DNA of 64,000 nt. It comes from Harriotta raleighana (Eukaryota). A program made the position numbers and the translations under genes. Where the stretch lies: positions 12,690,870 through 12,754,869 of the forward strand of contig JBNZDD010013729.1 of NCBI GenBank assembly GCA_050575255.1, given 5' to 3'. Below the pieces are notes generated by a model. That model did not search any database. It was not told the DNA's origin and saw nothing but the letters and a program-made list of their open reading frames with translations. Below, piece by piece: positions 51,596 to 64,000 of this stretch. The stretch's first letter is position 1, and the number at the start of each line of letters is the position of its first letter.

Positions 51596-54500
51596 CTGTT
51601 GTGAAATTATTCAATAAATTAATATTTGAAGTCCAAATTTTTTTTCCCCCAAAGCCCGAGACCTCAGGCAATGATACAATGCACCAGGACTCCATTGTGC
51701 CATCCCACTGAAGGACAAGAAGCAGTTTGGCAATGATTCCCCAACTCAGTGAATTCCCATGTTCAACAATGCCATTGGAGACATTCCAAGCAAACAATGC
51801 TGAAGGGAACAAAGAGACGTGAAAATTAAATGTATCAAGCTAACTGTGTACACGCACTTGCAGTCTGTTCAGAATGTAAGCGAAACTGGTCCCACGCCCA
51901 CCTCCTCACAACTGGGAATAATGTGTGGCACAGGGAAATCGCTAATGAACTTGGCCCCAAAAAAAGCAATTAAGGGTTTTCAAGAACAACTACAAAATTA
52001 CAGTTGTATAGCACAAAGTCACGGGCATCATAATCAAGTTAGAGATCAGGTGCCTTCACTTTGTTGGGGTTTACCAGCCATTGCAAATATCTGGAAGATT
52101 CTAAAACACAAATGAGGTCAATATACATTCATCCAAAATGTTGAGCAATCAGTAAAATAAATTGATAATTAAGTAGAAAGCAGTAATTAAATGCAGCGGT
52201 TTGAATTGGACAGTCTGTCTTGTCCTCCCACCAAATCCCAATTGCAATTTATATTGTTTTTATGGGTTTAAAAACATTCAAAAACATTTTGAAGCAGGGA
52301 AGTGCTTTAGATTCCGTTTCCAAATTGGGATGATCGCAGGAAAAAGCCAATCAACAATGGAATCTCTCTCATCTTTTTGGGGGGGAATAAGATCTGCTAC
52401 TCTAAGCACATAAGGAAATAGATTATTAAACTGGATATGAAATTCAATGCCACCTGGTACACTTTCAATCTTTTTTTAAGATGCCTTAACTGATAATGAC
52501 CAGTTGCATCTGAGAACAGTCTCTTTCAAGTTTAGACTAACTCCTGCTGCCTTAGTAAACTGGACTTCAAGACTTCTGGCTGCCTGGGTAAAGACGTTTC
52601 CATATTTGCCAACACTGAAGAATTCTGAGGCAGACTCGTAGCCTCAAATTACTGGTACTTCCCTGAAGCTGCTGATATCCCAGATGGGATTGGCCCTGGG
52701 TTTGCCTCCTGCCTCAGGGAATCAAACTGCCGTGGAGTTCCAGCACTTCACTAAAACTACATGAGAAGTAGGCTTTGATAATTCCAACCTTATGCCCTCC
52801 AAAAACAGAGAAGCATCTGTTCAGAAGTCTCCCAATACAGACCCCAAGGAATAATGCGAGAGCAGAGATGAAATTCTGCAAGATAAAGAGTTGCTTCAAA
52901 GTGTGAAATTGTACAGGCGGGATTGGTTAGCAGAACTTAAAATCAGATGGAAGACGAAAGTTCCTTCCTTATGACATTCAGATCTCTGTAATTGAGTACA
53001 GAGTGTCATCTTTAGCACTTTTATTAAGATTGACTCGCAGTGACAGGATTTCAACCAATTTATCATCCACCCCACAGTGCCTTTTTTTGTTTTCCCTGTG
53101 TAAACACAATGTTTTTATTGGTCCTAGCTGTATTAAATCTTGTGGTCAATATGAAGGGAATCACTATTTTAGTCAGTTTAATTGAAATTAGCACCTTCAT
53201 CCAATGTTAGCATTTTCTGATAGCATTTGTAGAACAAAGTTGGGATAAACCACCAGAGGCGCTGGCCACAAGCGTTTGCAAATAATCATTCCTATACTAG
53301 ACAAGAGATTTTGAAGCCAGGAGTTGGCACAAATCAATACTCTGAATAAAATATGAAATTGAATTTGGAAAAACTCACTGAAGTAAAAATTCACAAGACC
53401 TTAGTAAAGGTTCTTTCTTAAATCCAATTGGAACTCGCAGTCTTTTTCTTGTTCGTAAAGGAATAAAATGACTTTTTGACATAAGGTTATGGCATAAAAT
53501 TTCATGGGTGGACCAATTTGAAGTTGGACGACTACGAGTGGTTAACAAATTTACGCTCAACATGTATAATACTGCCCTGGATAGTTTGTGCTCACTTCAT
53601 CTGTTCAACCACAGATGCATAATAAACAGGGAACAGACCACCTCAATTCGCACAGGCACACGTCAACACCTCCTCTTGGGAGGTGGTCTTCATAGAATCC
53701 CAGGCACAGACTATATAACCAGCATAATGCCAGGACTGATAACAAAGAGCATTAGACCTAAAATGAGCAAAGTATGCAGAAAACACAATGATTCATGCTG
53801 ATAGAACTGTGAGCCTCACATTGTGGAAAAGTATATAGTCGACAAGTATGACAGAACGTCACTGATGAAGATTGGTGAATTTTTTGATAAAATCTGCTTC
53901 TAAAGAATGGTGATAAATTGCAGTGCCGCACCAGGATTTGACTGTTTACTAAGAGAAATGTAGATGCTTCCCAACATGCTCATTTTTGAAAGGACCTAAG
54001 GGTTTGATGGAAGTCGCATATTAGAATTTGATAACATTTAGTGAGGCGGTATTTTAAGTTAGTGAGGTGGCGTTTGGTGCTTTTGGGCAGACAGCACAAT
54101 AAATCCCACCACTTCAACTGGATTAATAAAATATCTCTGTTCAGTTCGTATATAAAACGTACAATGAAAAGAAGTGAATACTGCATTGCGGGAATTCTAA
54201 TGTGACTTTCGGCAGCTTCTCAGAAACACTATTTGCTGCTGATCACATCATAACTTTTTCCAAAACAATCTACTCTTAGAATTAAGGCCAAAACAAAGTG
54301 GGATGTGGAAGTTCCTTCATGCCCTCGTCCACATCTCAGTCCATCATTCAGCTCTCACCTGTGTGACAGAAAATGACTTTACAATTACAATTTATTTTCC
54401 ATCATCTTCACCCACAAGCTTAATCCAAATAGTAGCTGAGGTTTCTAAACCTGCTTTCTGTTATAGGAAGAGGAATAGGACATTTGGGTGATCAAGCAAG

Positions 54501-55412
54501 CCTGTTGAACCATTTTATTAGATTGGGTGAATGATAGTTAGAAGTTGAAAAACAACACTTTCTCTGAAGCTATTAAGCTCTGTATATAACATTGTTCATC
54601 TTCCTGAGCGCTGATAATAAGATCAAAAGGGTAAAGGTTACAGCTGTTTAATATTACAAATTATATCTCATCCTTTAATCAATGTGAACAACACTTTCGT
54701 GGAAACAATTCTACTGATCAAACTTTGTTTTGTCGAATAAAAGCATTTAAAATTGAATAATTACATCTGATGACCTTCCTCCGGAAGGTGTATTTAGAAG
54801 CTAAAAGCTAAGCATATAAAAAATATTCTGCTCACCCTTGGATCAGCCGAATACTAATGCCTATTTGCAATCGTGGAGAACATTTGATCCAATATCTAGC
54901 CGTGGAACTATGAAGATATACCAGTGTCCCTAAAAAAGTCCAATAATTAGCTCTTTTATTTCTTATGTGAAAAAAGTCTTGAAGCAAATAGAACACAAGA
55001 TCTGACACCGTGTTCTGGCACTTGATGTTGTAAAACTGTTACAACAAGAATCAATCTAGTTTGAAACCAGAAATCTACCCAAAACAACAAAATAATTATA
55101 TTCAACTTTTATAAATCAAATTCTGGACTTTCATGACAGATTATCCGACAGAATTTATTACTTGCTCAGATCCCTTACACACTATTGTATTACAACAACA
55201 ACAAGATTACACTTGTATAGTGCCTTTCAAATCAGGAGGACGTACGATGGCGCTAAAATTAGATGTCTTTCAACAAACAATGAACAAACAGCATAGACCA
55301 AATCCTTGAGTCTCTTAAAATAAATGTATTGTGTTGATAGTACAGTGGAACGCAATGGGATGCAAAGTTTATTAAACTAGCTTCTCACCAAAGGGTTCTT
55401 AACTAATGAAAC

Positions 55413-55718
55413 TAATAATAATCCTTGCATTTGATATAGCATTTTTCGCATATTCTAGACGTCTCAAGGCACTTCCCAGAATTCACTGTAAAATTAATTG
55501 ACTGTTTATTTTTGGGCGAAACACGGCAGCCAAATGTGCACAGCAGTATCCCATAAACAGTCATGTGTTGAAATGACCAATTTCGTCCTGTTTTTTTTTC
55601 TTGAGGGATTATTTTCAGGCATGTGAAGTAAGGAGATCTGCCCAAGGTTTTGCCTGGAAATAAACTCGGGTCTCTCACTTGTAAAGCGAGTGCTCTAATC
55701 ACCGAGCTATAGGCCTCC
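55413..55718 (-). mobile_element. Young SINE, near full length
   Basis: Consensus match from tail to head. Confidence 0.9.
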
Positions 55719-58399
55719 ACAAATGTACTAAACTCAGATAAATTTTTAAAGCAATTGAGAGAAAATAAAGTTTCCTTGTTTTAATTTAACAGATTTTTTT
55801 ATAAAGTCTTCAGGGATGATTTTTTTTCACAGGCCAAAAACACATTTTCACTGTTCTTCCTTTTCTAGCCAATACATTTAATTGTCATCGCTTTCTGTCC
55901 ATTTTCCCCCTTGATATCAATAAAGCAATTACTGCCATACAACTGCAGACACCAGCTTATCTCCAACGACCTACCACATGCATCGATACCAACCCAAGTC
56001 AGACAGTCTAATAGTACCGCTCGGTGTCAAGGCCCACTGAATGTCAGCTAATGCTGTCAAATATTTAATGCACAAGTCAAGCGGTTTGGGACATTAGGTT
56101 ATTATCATAAAGTCACTACATTAATGCAAGTTGTTTTCAATTTTGAATAAACATATAAACAGCAATTATGCATGTTATTGTCCAGAATGTAATATTGTGG
56201 TAACATTTAAAATGTGTTAGTTTATTACCAAATGTGCATGTCCTTTTACCCTAAAACCCTTAACAAGCGACTCCCCAAGCACAGGACAGTACCTTATAAA
56301 AAATAATCTGATTTATTATTTAGCCCTTCGCAACTGCCTAAACTTATTTGCTTCCTAAGAGAGGAAATGTAAACATACATTGCTCAATACCACATTATCT
56401 TAAGCAATGCTGAATCAGGCAGTGTGCTTTGACTAAATAGTGCGTCGCCAAAATGTTAAAGGTCTTGCAAAGCACATCTCCTGGGAAAAGATAATGGATG
56501 CAGAAAATAATTATACTGACTGACATTTGCGAGGTGAAACTATTTTCCTTCTGCAAAACTATTTTGCCAATTTCCACGCTAATGCTGAAGGAGTACAGTT
56601 TAAACTACATTTCAAAAACAGCTCTATTGATTTGGCAAAGCTGAACACCATTAAAAATTATAACAAAATGCTTTACTTTTGATGAATTTCACATTCAGAG
56701 ATCAAACAGAGGAAACGGATCGCTTGAAATGTAGTACATTGGTCAAATAAGTTCACGATGAAAGCAATGCCAAAGAGTATTAGCCAAGAAACTATTTTTT
56801 GAAAATTTCAACAGAAAGTTTGTGTGATGGTTTTCTTGAAAACCCTTAGCTCTTCAAGTGAGTTGTAAGAAACGAGTTGGTAAGGTGTTAAATAACTCCA
56901 TGGCAAAATTAATTGCATGTTTCAGACACAAACCAGCACACACTAACATCAATGGGCCAGTGTCAAAAAAATGTGACACTATGAAACAAAAGGCTTATCT
57001 TCCTGGTTGATCTAATTAATGTTTTCACTGGTGAGAAGGCACAGAGAGAGAGAGAGTGGAAGGTGTTTATAATAATAACATTAATATTATTTTTAATAAC
57101 AATAAACCTTGCATTTGATATAGTACCTTATCACATTTTCTAAGGCTTTTGTACCTCAAGGTACAAAAACGATATGAAAATCTAAGGTAGATCTTAAATG
57201 GTAGAGTGACAACAGACAAATAGCTGTATGTTCTGCCTAAGTGAAGATCATCATAGCATCATCTCTGGTGAACCGAGGCGTAGCTAGCTAGCTTTTTTAT
57301 GAAACTCTTTTGTGTGACATTCTGCACATTTGAAACTCACTGGGGTTGGGAGGAGCAGATTCTCATCTTCAACACAAATAAATTTATTAACTTTTTATAT
57401 AATTTTATGATGTCCAACTATTTTTATAAAATACCCAGCTAAAGTCCAGCAAAGACACAAGAAATATTCCAGCAAACTTGCAGAACGTAAAAGTATATCA
57501 CCCTAGCGCTCAATCACAACCCAGAAATAAAAACAATTCTGTCAAAATGGTCGTATACAAAAATATCTCAAGTCTATTCCATTGCCTTCAATGCAGTCCC
57601 CAATCAAATATGACGTCCTCCCGACGTGAAAGGCAATCTATTAATGTAATTTTGTTGTTGTTATTGCTGATTTTTATAATGCCTTTTGAGCAAGTTTGTC
57701 AGCACAGCATCTATTGCCTTTGCAGGATTATATGTCAATAGATTTGCCTCACCATCTCTGTCCGCAGAATAACATGAAACAAATCTATCCATATATTATT
57801 AAGGATAGATTTATATTGTGTTCAGAAGATATGCCTTTAGCCCTTGAGATTATAAAAGTTTTCTGGAGGGTAAAAACTGAGAACTTGGATCCTTCTTATC
57901 TTTGCAGTATTTTCTTTTGCTTCTTCTGCCCCACCAGATCTCTACAACTGAGGTGCTTCTAGCATTTCAAGTTTGACATTCTTAAAGGAAAGCAGGCATT
58001 TGGGCTTCAAAGAACAAACACAGCATCAAGATCTTAGGTCTTTTGTTGCATACCATCCTTGTACACCTACATTCTTTGTGCACAGTTAGTTTCAGAGCAA
58101 TGTTCACCTTTGCAATCCCATATCTCTGCAATATCTGTGTTATCTACTTCTTGATAGAAAGTTGCAATTAAACTATGACTGGATTTAATTATAATTTTTG
58201 CATTTGGTATATAGCACCTTTCACATTGGGAGGACAAGCCAATTGTTCACAGGATTTACTGTGTAGTGGAGAGAATCTAGGATACAGAAGGAAATCTGAG
58301 AATTAAAAAGTTACTGCAACAGTTGTTTAAACTCATCGATGTCCCTAAGAAAGGTATCAGCACAGACAAATCTGTAAGTAGCCAGTTTTTCAATTTAAT

Positions 58400-58540
58400 G
58401 ATAATAACCGTACTTGCATTTAGTATAGCGCTTTTCACGTCTCCCAGACATCTCAAAGAATCAAAACTTCACAGAATATACTGTAAAGTGAATTGACTAT
58501 ATATCTGTTGGTGCAACATGGCAGCCAATTGCGCCCAGCA
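58400..58540 (-). mobile_element. Young SINE 3' fragment
   Basis: Consensus match. Confidence 0.83.
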
Positions 58541-59240
58541 ATATATTAATACAGGAAATCTGATGAATTTCTCTGTTAGATAAAACAGTGGAGTGCTGTG
58601 GCAGTATCTTTTCCCATCCACAATGAACATGTAATTACTTAACCTGAGTAGTTTTGACAGAGGCTCAAACATTTGAAAAGGAACTCAATCCCGTGCCCCA
58701 TGTCCCCAATGGAAAATGACAGTATTTCTAAAACACTGCCTGATCCTCCTCCTGATTAGCTGCTGCCCCCAACCTTTTTGGACAGTTCACCAGTCCTAGT
58801 ACTTCAAATAGTGTTGACAACTCCCTGTTGTCCAACACCAATGTTGAGGTCAATGACCACTTGGAGCAATGTGTTTGAACCGCTGTCAAAATTCCCTGGG
58901 CACAGGCCACATGTTTCTGGATATCTAGATAGCTTTGACGTTTTGCAGTCAATGTCTTGGCTTTGGAGTTGTGTCACCTGAATTGGAGACCAGCACACGT
59001 TAATATCAATGGGCCAGTGTCAAAAATTGTCATGCCTCTGCATTCAAATCAGTTCTGCATTAAGGTTTGTTGACAGTTTATATGTTTATATTTTCCTGAC
59101 AAACTCAAAGTTATAATATTGGGGCAGAGAAAATCCCACAAATCTCATATTTCCTGTGCTCAACAGGCGCATTGTTTCAAATAAATATTTCGATACTTCA
59201 AAACTTCTATGGACAAACTATTCAATATAAGATTTGAATT

Positions 59241-59340
59241 GATAATCCTTGCATTTGATAAAGCGCTTTTCACGTCTTCTAGATGTCTCAAAACGCTTCA
59301 CAGAATAAACTGTAAAGTGAATTGACTTATATTTGTGGGA
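59241..59340 (-). mobile_element. Young SINE 3' fragment
   Basis: Consensus match. Confidence 0.85.
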
Positions 59341-59436
59341 GTATAACAACCCAATATTCAAAAGTTAGCTTATCCTTCTATTATGTAGCATTCAAAATAC
59401 TATTGTCCTCTGTTGCACATCATGCAGCGGAAATAA

Positions 59437-59790
59437 TAGTTAAAGCTTGTTTATCTGGCACCCAACCGATATCTCCCGATACAATTCACCATTCCAGCAA
59501 ACGGATCTCATACCGGAGCCATCCGGGACACTTATTAAACTTACGATTGCTGGATTGTTTATTTTATCAATCATTTTACCGAGTGTGCTGGAATGCTTTA
59601 TTGGTAAGTATCCATACAATATTGTGTTATTAGTTAGTTTATTATTAATATTGTTTGTTTTAAACTAAGTTTTTTTGTGTAGGAATTTTGGCAATTTGCC
59701 GCTTTATGGGGTATTTGACGCTTTGTCAGGGTATTTGATTAAACGGCAATGGGCTGGTCCCAAGAGTGCCCAATAACAAAGCTTTTACTG
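59437..59790. mobile_element. Tigger-type MITE
   Basis: Left end tagttaaagcttgtttatctggcac versus right end reverse complement CAGTAAAAGCTTTGTTATTGGGCAC; TA at 59791-59792. Confidence 0.6.
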
Positions 59791-59984
59791 TAATATATTC
59801 CAAGAAACATGAGCTTTATTAAAACGCACTAAAGAGGCGATCTGTGATTTTCTGTGCAGCTTATTTTAAAGGTGAGATTTGTTGGTGGGTGGCTGGGGGT
59901 ATTCAGCACTTGAATTCAAGTGAATAATATTTTGAAACCGCTTACTGCTGCTACCAAAATCCCTCTGAAGATGCCTCTCTGGTC

Positions 59985-60130
59985 ATGTCTAATTCAAGAG
60001 ACAGTCAAAATCAGTTGCAGCACTTTCACCTCCCAGTCAGACATTTGCTGGGTCAAATCCTACAATGGTCTGAAAGCCTCATTACACAGCAGTGCAATGC
60101 TGAGGGAAGCACTGCATTGTCAAAGGACCA
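59985..60130 (+). mobile_element. Old Deu-type SINE 5' fragment
   Basis: gcactttcacctcccagtcagac...gggtcaaatcctac...cagtgcaatgctgagggaagcactgcattgtc. Confidence 0.55.
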
Positions 60131-60374
60131 ATCACTTTGGTTGAGACAATACAACAACAACAAAATTACACTTGTATAGCGCCTTTTACGTTAGGAGGAT
60201 TTCCCATGGCGCTGAAATCAAACTGCGCTGGGCTGTCAATGATTTGAACAGGTTGAAACAGACAAACACATGTATCCGTGAGGAAAACGGAATGAGGGAT
60301 ATGGTGAGAATGTTGATGGGTTGTAGGATGCTCAAAAACATAAAATGGGCAGGCTTGTTGTGTCTAATTTTATT

Positions 60375-60652
60375 GTCTTCTAGACATCTCAATGCGCTTC
60401 AAGGAATGTATTGTAAAAGTGAATTACAGTAACTGTATATTTGTGAGCAAAACACAACAGCCGATTGTGCACAGCAGTGTCCCACAAACAGTTGTGGATT
60501 GAAGTAACAAATTTATTATTGTTTTTTTCTTGAGGAGTTATTATCAGGCGTGGAGTAAGGAAACTTGAAGGAGCAAGGTTTCATCCTGCCGGGAATCTAA
60601 TCCAGGTTTCTCGCTCACAATATGGGTGCTCCAACCAGAGCTACAGGACTCC
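60375..60652 (-). mobile_element. Young SINE lacking the tail end
   Basis: Body and degenerate head ending gagctacaggactcc. Confidence 0.87.
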
Positions 60653-63600
60653 ATATTCTTAAGGCATGGCAAATGCTATTGAACAAATTTGTCACAGGGC
60701 AGTGCAGCCTTGCGTTTTTACAGCATGCTCTTCCAGGATCTGAGCCTGTTTGAAAATTCCTCAACTAAAGCGATAATTGCCTTTTGAACATGCAGTTTAT
60801 CGGTTTTAGTGTTTGGGTTTGAGATGCAATGTTGAGATAATGGATAGTTAGAGATGGGTACAAGTTAATCATTTGGTTTTCATCTGCAAAACCACAGAGT
60901 GAGACAGTGAAGATATGAATATATATTTTGTGGAATACACAGGCAAGTGTGAAGCAGTTATACAGATGATCTTTACACAAAATATTAATTCCCCAAATTT
61001 GTGTTAATCCAGTTCCTGAATATGAATGCATTGAAACTAATACAACCCGATTGCCACGTTGATGCAAGTAAAACAATTTTAAAGTTATAAAAATACTGCC
61101 AAACGCACAGTTTGTTTTAGATATCAAAAGCTTAGAGAAACTGGAAAACAACCCAGTCATGAACTGTTTTTCATACAAAAAATATTCCCATATGCCCTGT
61201 GATAATCTTCTAATTTCAATTAAAAAAATAAAACAATTCAAAATTAAAACCTGGGCATGTTGGTAGTGACAAGACCCATTTGGCTTCCAAAGCAATCTTG
61301 CAAAACAGCAAACACAAATGATAAGCAGAGTACACAGATAAGAATCCGTGAGGGAGCTTATAATAAAAAATAATGGACAATTTACAACACAGAATGCAAA
61401 TTGTTGACTTATTCTAATATAGGGACTGAAAGCTGTGTACCAGCTGTTCCTGTATAAACCTTGCTTAAATCCTATGCACTGTATGTGATTCTGCATCAAG
61501 TTGGCTTGAGGTTTCAACAAAAGTAATTGGACCATCAATGGACATTATCCTCAGTGAAATACCATTTTTAATTTCGCTCTATTGATTTCAAAACCTTTTT
61601 CGAAAGGATGTCCTATAGAGCACTCTATAAATGTAATTTTGTTTTGTTGCTTTTAAGAAGCAACTCCGTGTAATTATTACAGTGAGTGTTAAGGCATCAA
61701 TTTTAAAAATGTTCACGAATAGTATTGAATGCAATACGCCAGAAGAGAAAGGAAAAATGATGTACAAGCAGATTTGAAATGGTTATGCAAGTATTACATC
61801 AGGCAAAGCAATGTTTGGGATGCATTGATTAGTATTACATTTGTAATTGTGAAATAAGCCTTGAAGATGCAGCATCCAGCTACTGTACTAATAAGTCCAT
61901 AACATTGTGGGCAATATCAAATGGTACTCCAGCAGGTTATCAAAGAAATAATGAGTCAGTTAGTGATCTGCACATAAAAATAATCTCATCTGGCCTCAGT
62001 GTTCCATGTGCCTAAATCAATATCATAAGGAAAAACCAGAACAATATACAGTTATGTAGCACCCTTGAATTATAAATCAATCAATATTTGCATGTATATG
62101 ACTGAATATTTTAATCTATAGGTTTTCATCAGTTCACGCAAAACTTTTGTTTAGCTTGAAATCTTCTTTAAAATATTCTGTAATTGATGGGCATGTGAAT
62201 CAGAACCTCATAGGAGAAACAGTTTAATGAGGTGTCATATTCAAAGTGAAAAATTAATCTGTGCAAACCTCCTGCCCATCAGTCTATTCGCTGTGTTTCA
62301 ATCGAACAATGCAGCAAGGCACAGAACAAAACATAAACATACCTGTACAAAGCAATCGTTTCTACAACTTAACTGAATCATTTCACATTTGTAATTGAGA
62401 AATGGAGTTGTTAATTGATAATTGAATTTCAACTAGCTAGGTAGTCAGTCTGTAGTCAAACTAGCTGGTGTGCAGATATAGCTTCTGTAACAAAGATCTT
62501 AAAAGGTTTCTTAGATCTACACAGGTCCATATGGTAGAGAATAACTGTGCAAATCTGCTCCCATAGATGCAGGGGCTATGCACCCCTTGACAGTCAACTA
62601 CAGTACGATGCTTACATTTGATAATTTGCAGATCACCAGCAATCAGGCCCTCAATTTATCTATAGGGATAAGAGGAGATTCAATCCTTTATTTTGTAAAA
62701 CGCTTGGTCCAATCACTGAAATTTTAAATACTGAGAAAGTCAATCCACAGTAACTGCCCAAAGAGTGATAATTTGCTAATTCTTCACAGGTAATCAGTTT
62801 AAAATTGGAATACAAGAACCAAATTAGTTGCACTAAATTTAAAGCTGTTCTGCTCACATAATTAGTTTCACTGGAGCCATCTGCATTCTGACTTCATAGT
62901 GAGACACTGTAGTTAAAACAAACCACAGCATAACTTTAAATGTGCACTGGTCTTATAAAATTTGTATTTTACTGGCAAATGTGTTTTAAAGCACATACAG
63001 TAATGACTTGTAGATTTATATTTATGAAGTGCCTTAAGGCCCAAAGATGTCTTTAAACAAAATTTATGGCTTACATGTGAACTGTTTTGCTTCACACTTT
63101 CATAACTCAGGTCATTTAGAACTTTGCAGCCAAAGAGAAAGAGAGAGAAAAAAAAGAGAAAACAGAAACACCAAAAGAAAACACATGGACAATTATATTT
63201 AGAACAGACTCGTGACAAAAAGCAGACACACATACCAGCACCAAAAGGAAACCTCACTTAATTAAATGTATACTTGCATCTGGAATCTCACCCTAATAAA
63301 AAGTGAAACAAATAATTTCTAATACTCTGAAGGAAATGAGATCAGTATATTTGGTTTTGTCCTTTGCTAGGAAATATCAATGTTATTAACAGCATTAAAC
63401 CAAAAACTGTATAAACTAGAGCATTCCCCCAAACGTGGCAACAATATTATTAAACTGGGATTCGATCGACTAGAACTCTGAAAATCCGGGAGAAAGGAAG
63501 GAACTGGGATTCATATAAAAATTAAAACATAGCAAATGTGGATCAAAATAATGCTAAGCAGCAACACTTGAAGTAAATGGGATCATGCATTTCAAATTTT

Positions 63601-64000
63601 GATGTAAAATGCATTGAACTACACCTGTGAATAGTGTGTAGTTTTTAATTAAAAAAACACCTTTCTTTCCTTCCAGAAGTCTACTCACCTTTTTTTGAAT
63701 GGCAAAAGAAAATAAAAATGAAAATCTACACGCAAGAAAGCATTCAATCATATGCAGATATTTGTGGACAGATGATTTAAGACTTTAGAATGCAGGCCTT
63801 ATGTTATTTTATGCATTGGTTCTGTAAAAATGCAAGATTATTGTTATGACACCCAAAGCATTCAACAATTATTTGCTGAACAAACTGTTTTCAATCTATA
63901 TTAGAATTTAAGCCCAGTTAGAGCTACAGGGATAAAGGTTTTATCACTTTAGTAATTGTTAAGGGATCATAAGCAAATATTCCGGTAATGAAACTTCAGT

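Noticed and set aside
51408-51812. 134-aa minus-strand ORF overlapping the RS exon
   Set aside because: Shadow frame of the true exon; the homologous frame is the RS-rich one.
54767-54792. CTGATGA followed by the hairpin CCTTCC-TCC-GGAAGG
   Set aside because: The required GAAA core is missing, so it is not a hammerhead.
60765-61538. 257-aa minus-strand ORF
   Set aside because: F/I/L/C-rich composition typical of chance ORFs in AT-rich DNA; no domain recognised.
1-64000. CRISPR array, operon or other prokaryote-type system
   Set aside because: Eukaryotic intron; repeats are dispersed retroelements with no repeat-spacer periodicity, and there are no intact enzyme ORFs.

Overview
AT-rich vertebrate genomic DNA, almost entirely intronic. 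The repeat families (tRNA/Deu-domain SINEs with L2-type tails, CR1 and L2 3' ends, Penelope-like termini) point to a cartilaginous fish, plausibly a chimaera such as Callorhinchus; this is inference. Two minus-strand coding exons are recognisable, neither called in the correct frame by the ORF track: a 177-nt RS-rich exon (51419-51595) and a 37-nt exon (21332-21368). They splice in frame to give ...SRSHERERRKGRDK...DKKG|DPGNIKARLEHL, which matches RSRC1 (probably exons 4 and 5). RSRC1 is the neighbour of SHOX2 and its long introns host conserved non-coding elements. The rest is about 25 copies or fragments of one young SINE, older SINE/LINE relics, three Tigger-type MITEs, repeat-poor CNE-like blocks, two N gaps and a 1028-bp duplication that is probably an assembly artefact. 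I cannot support a genuinely new multi-gene system. The best leads are a strong sense-strand bias of the young SINE, two decayed Penelope-type hammerhead motifs sense to the pre-mRNA, candidate poison/micro-exons, a structured hairpin in a CNE-like block, and enhancer-like motif clusters. Repeat boundaries are by eye and approximate.
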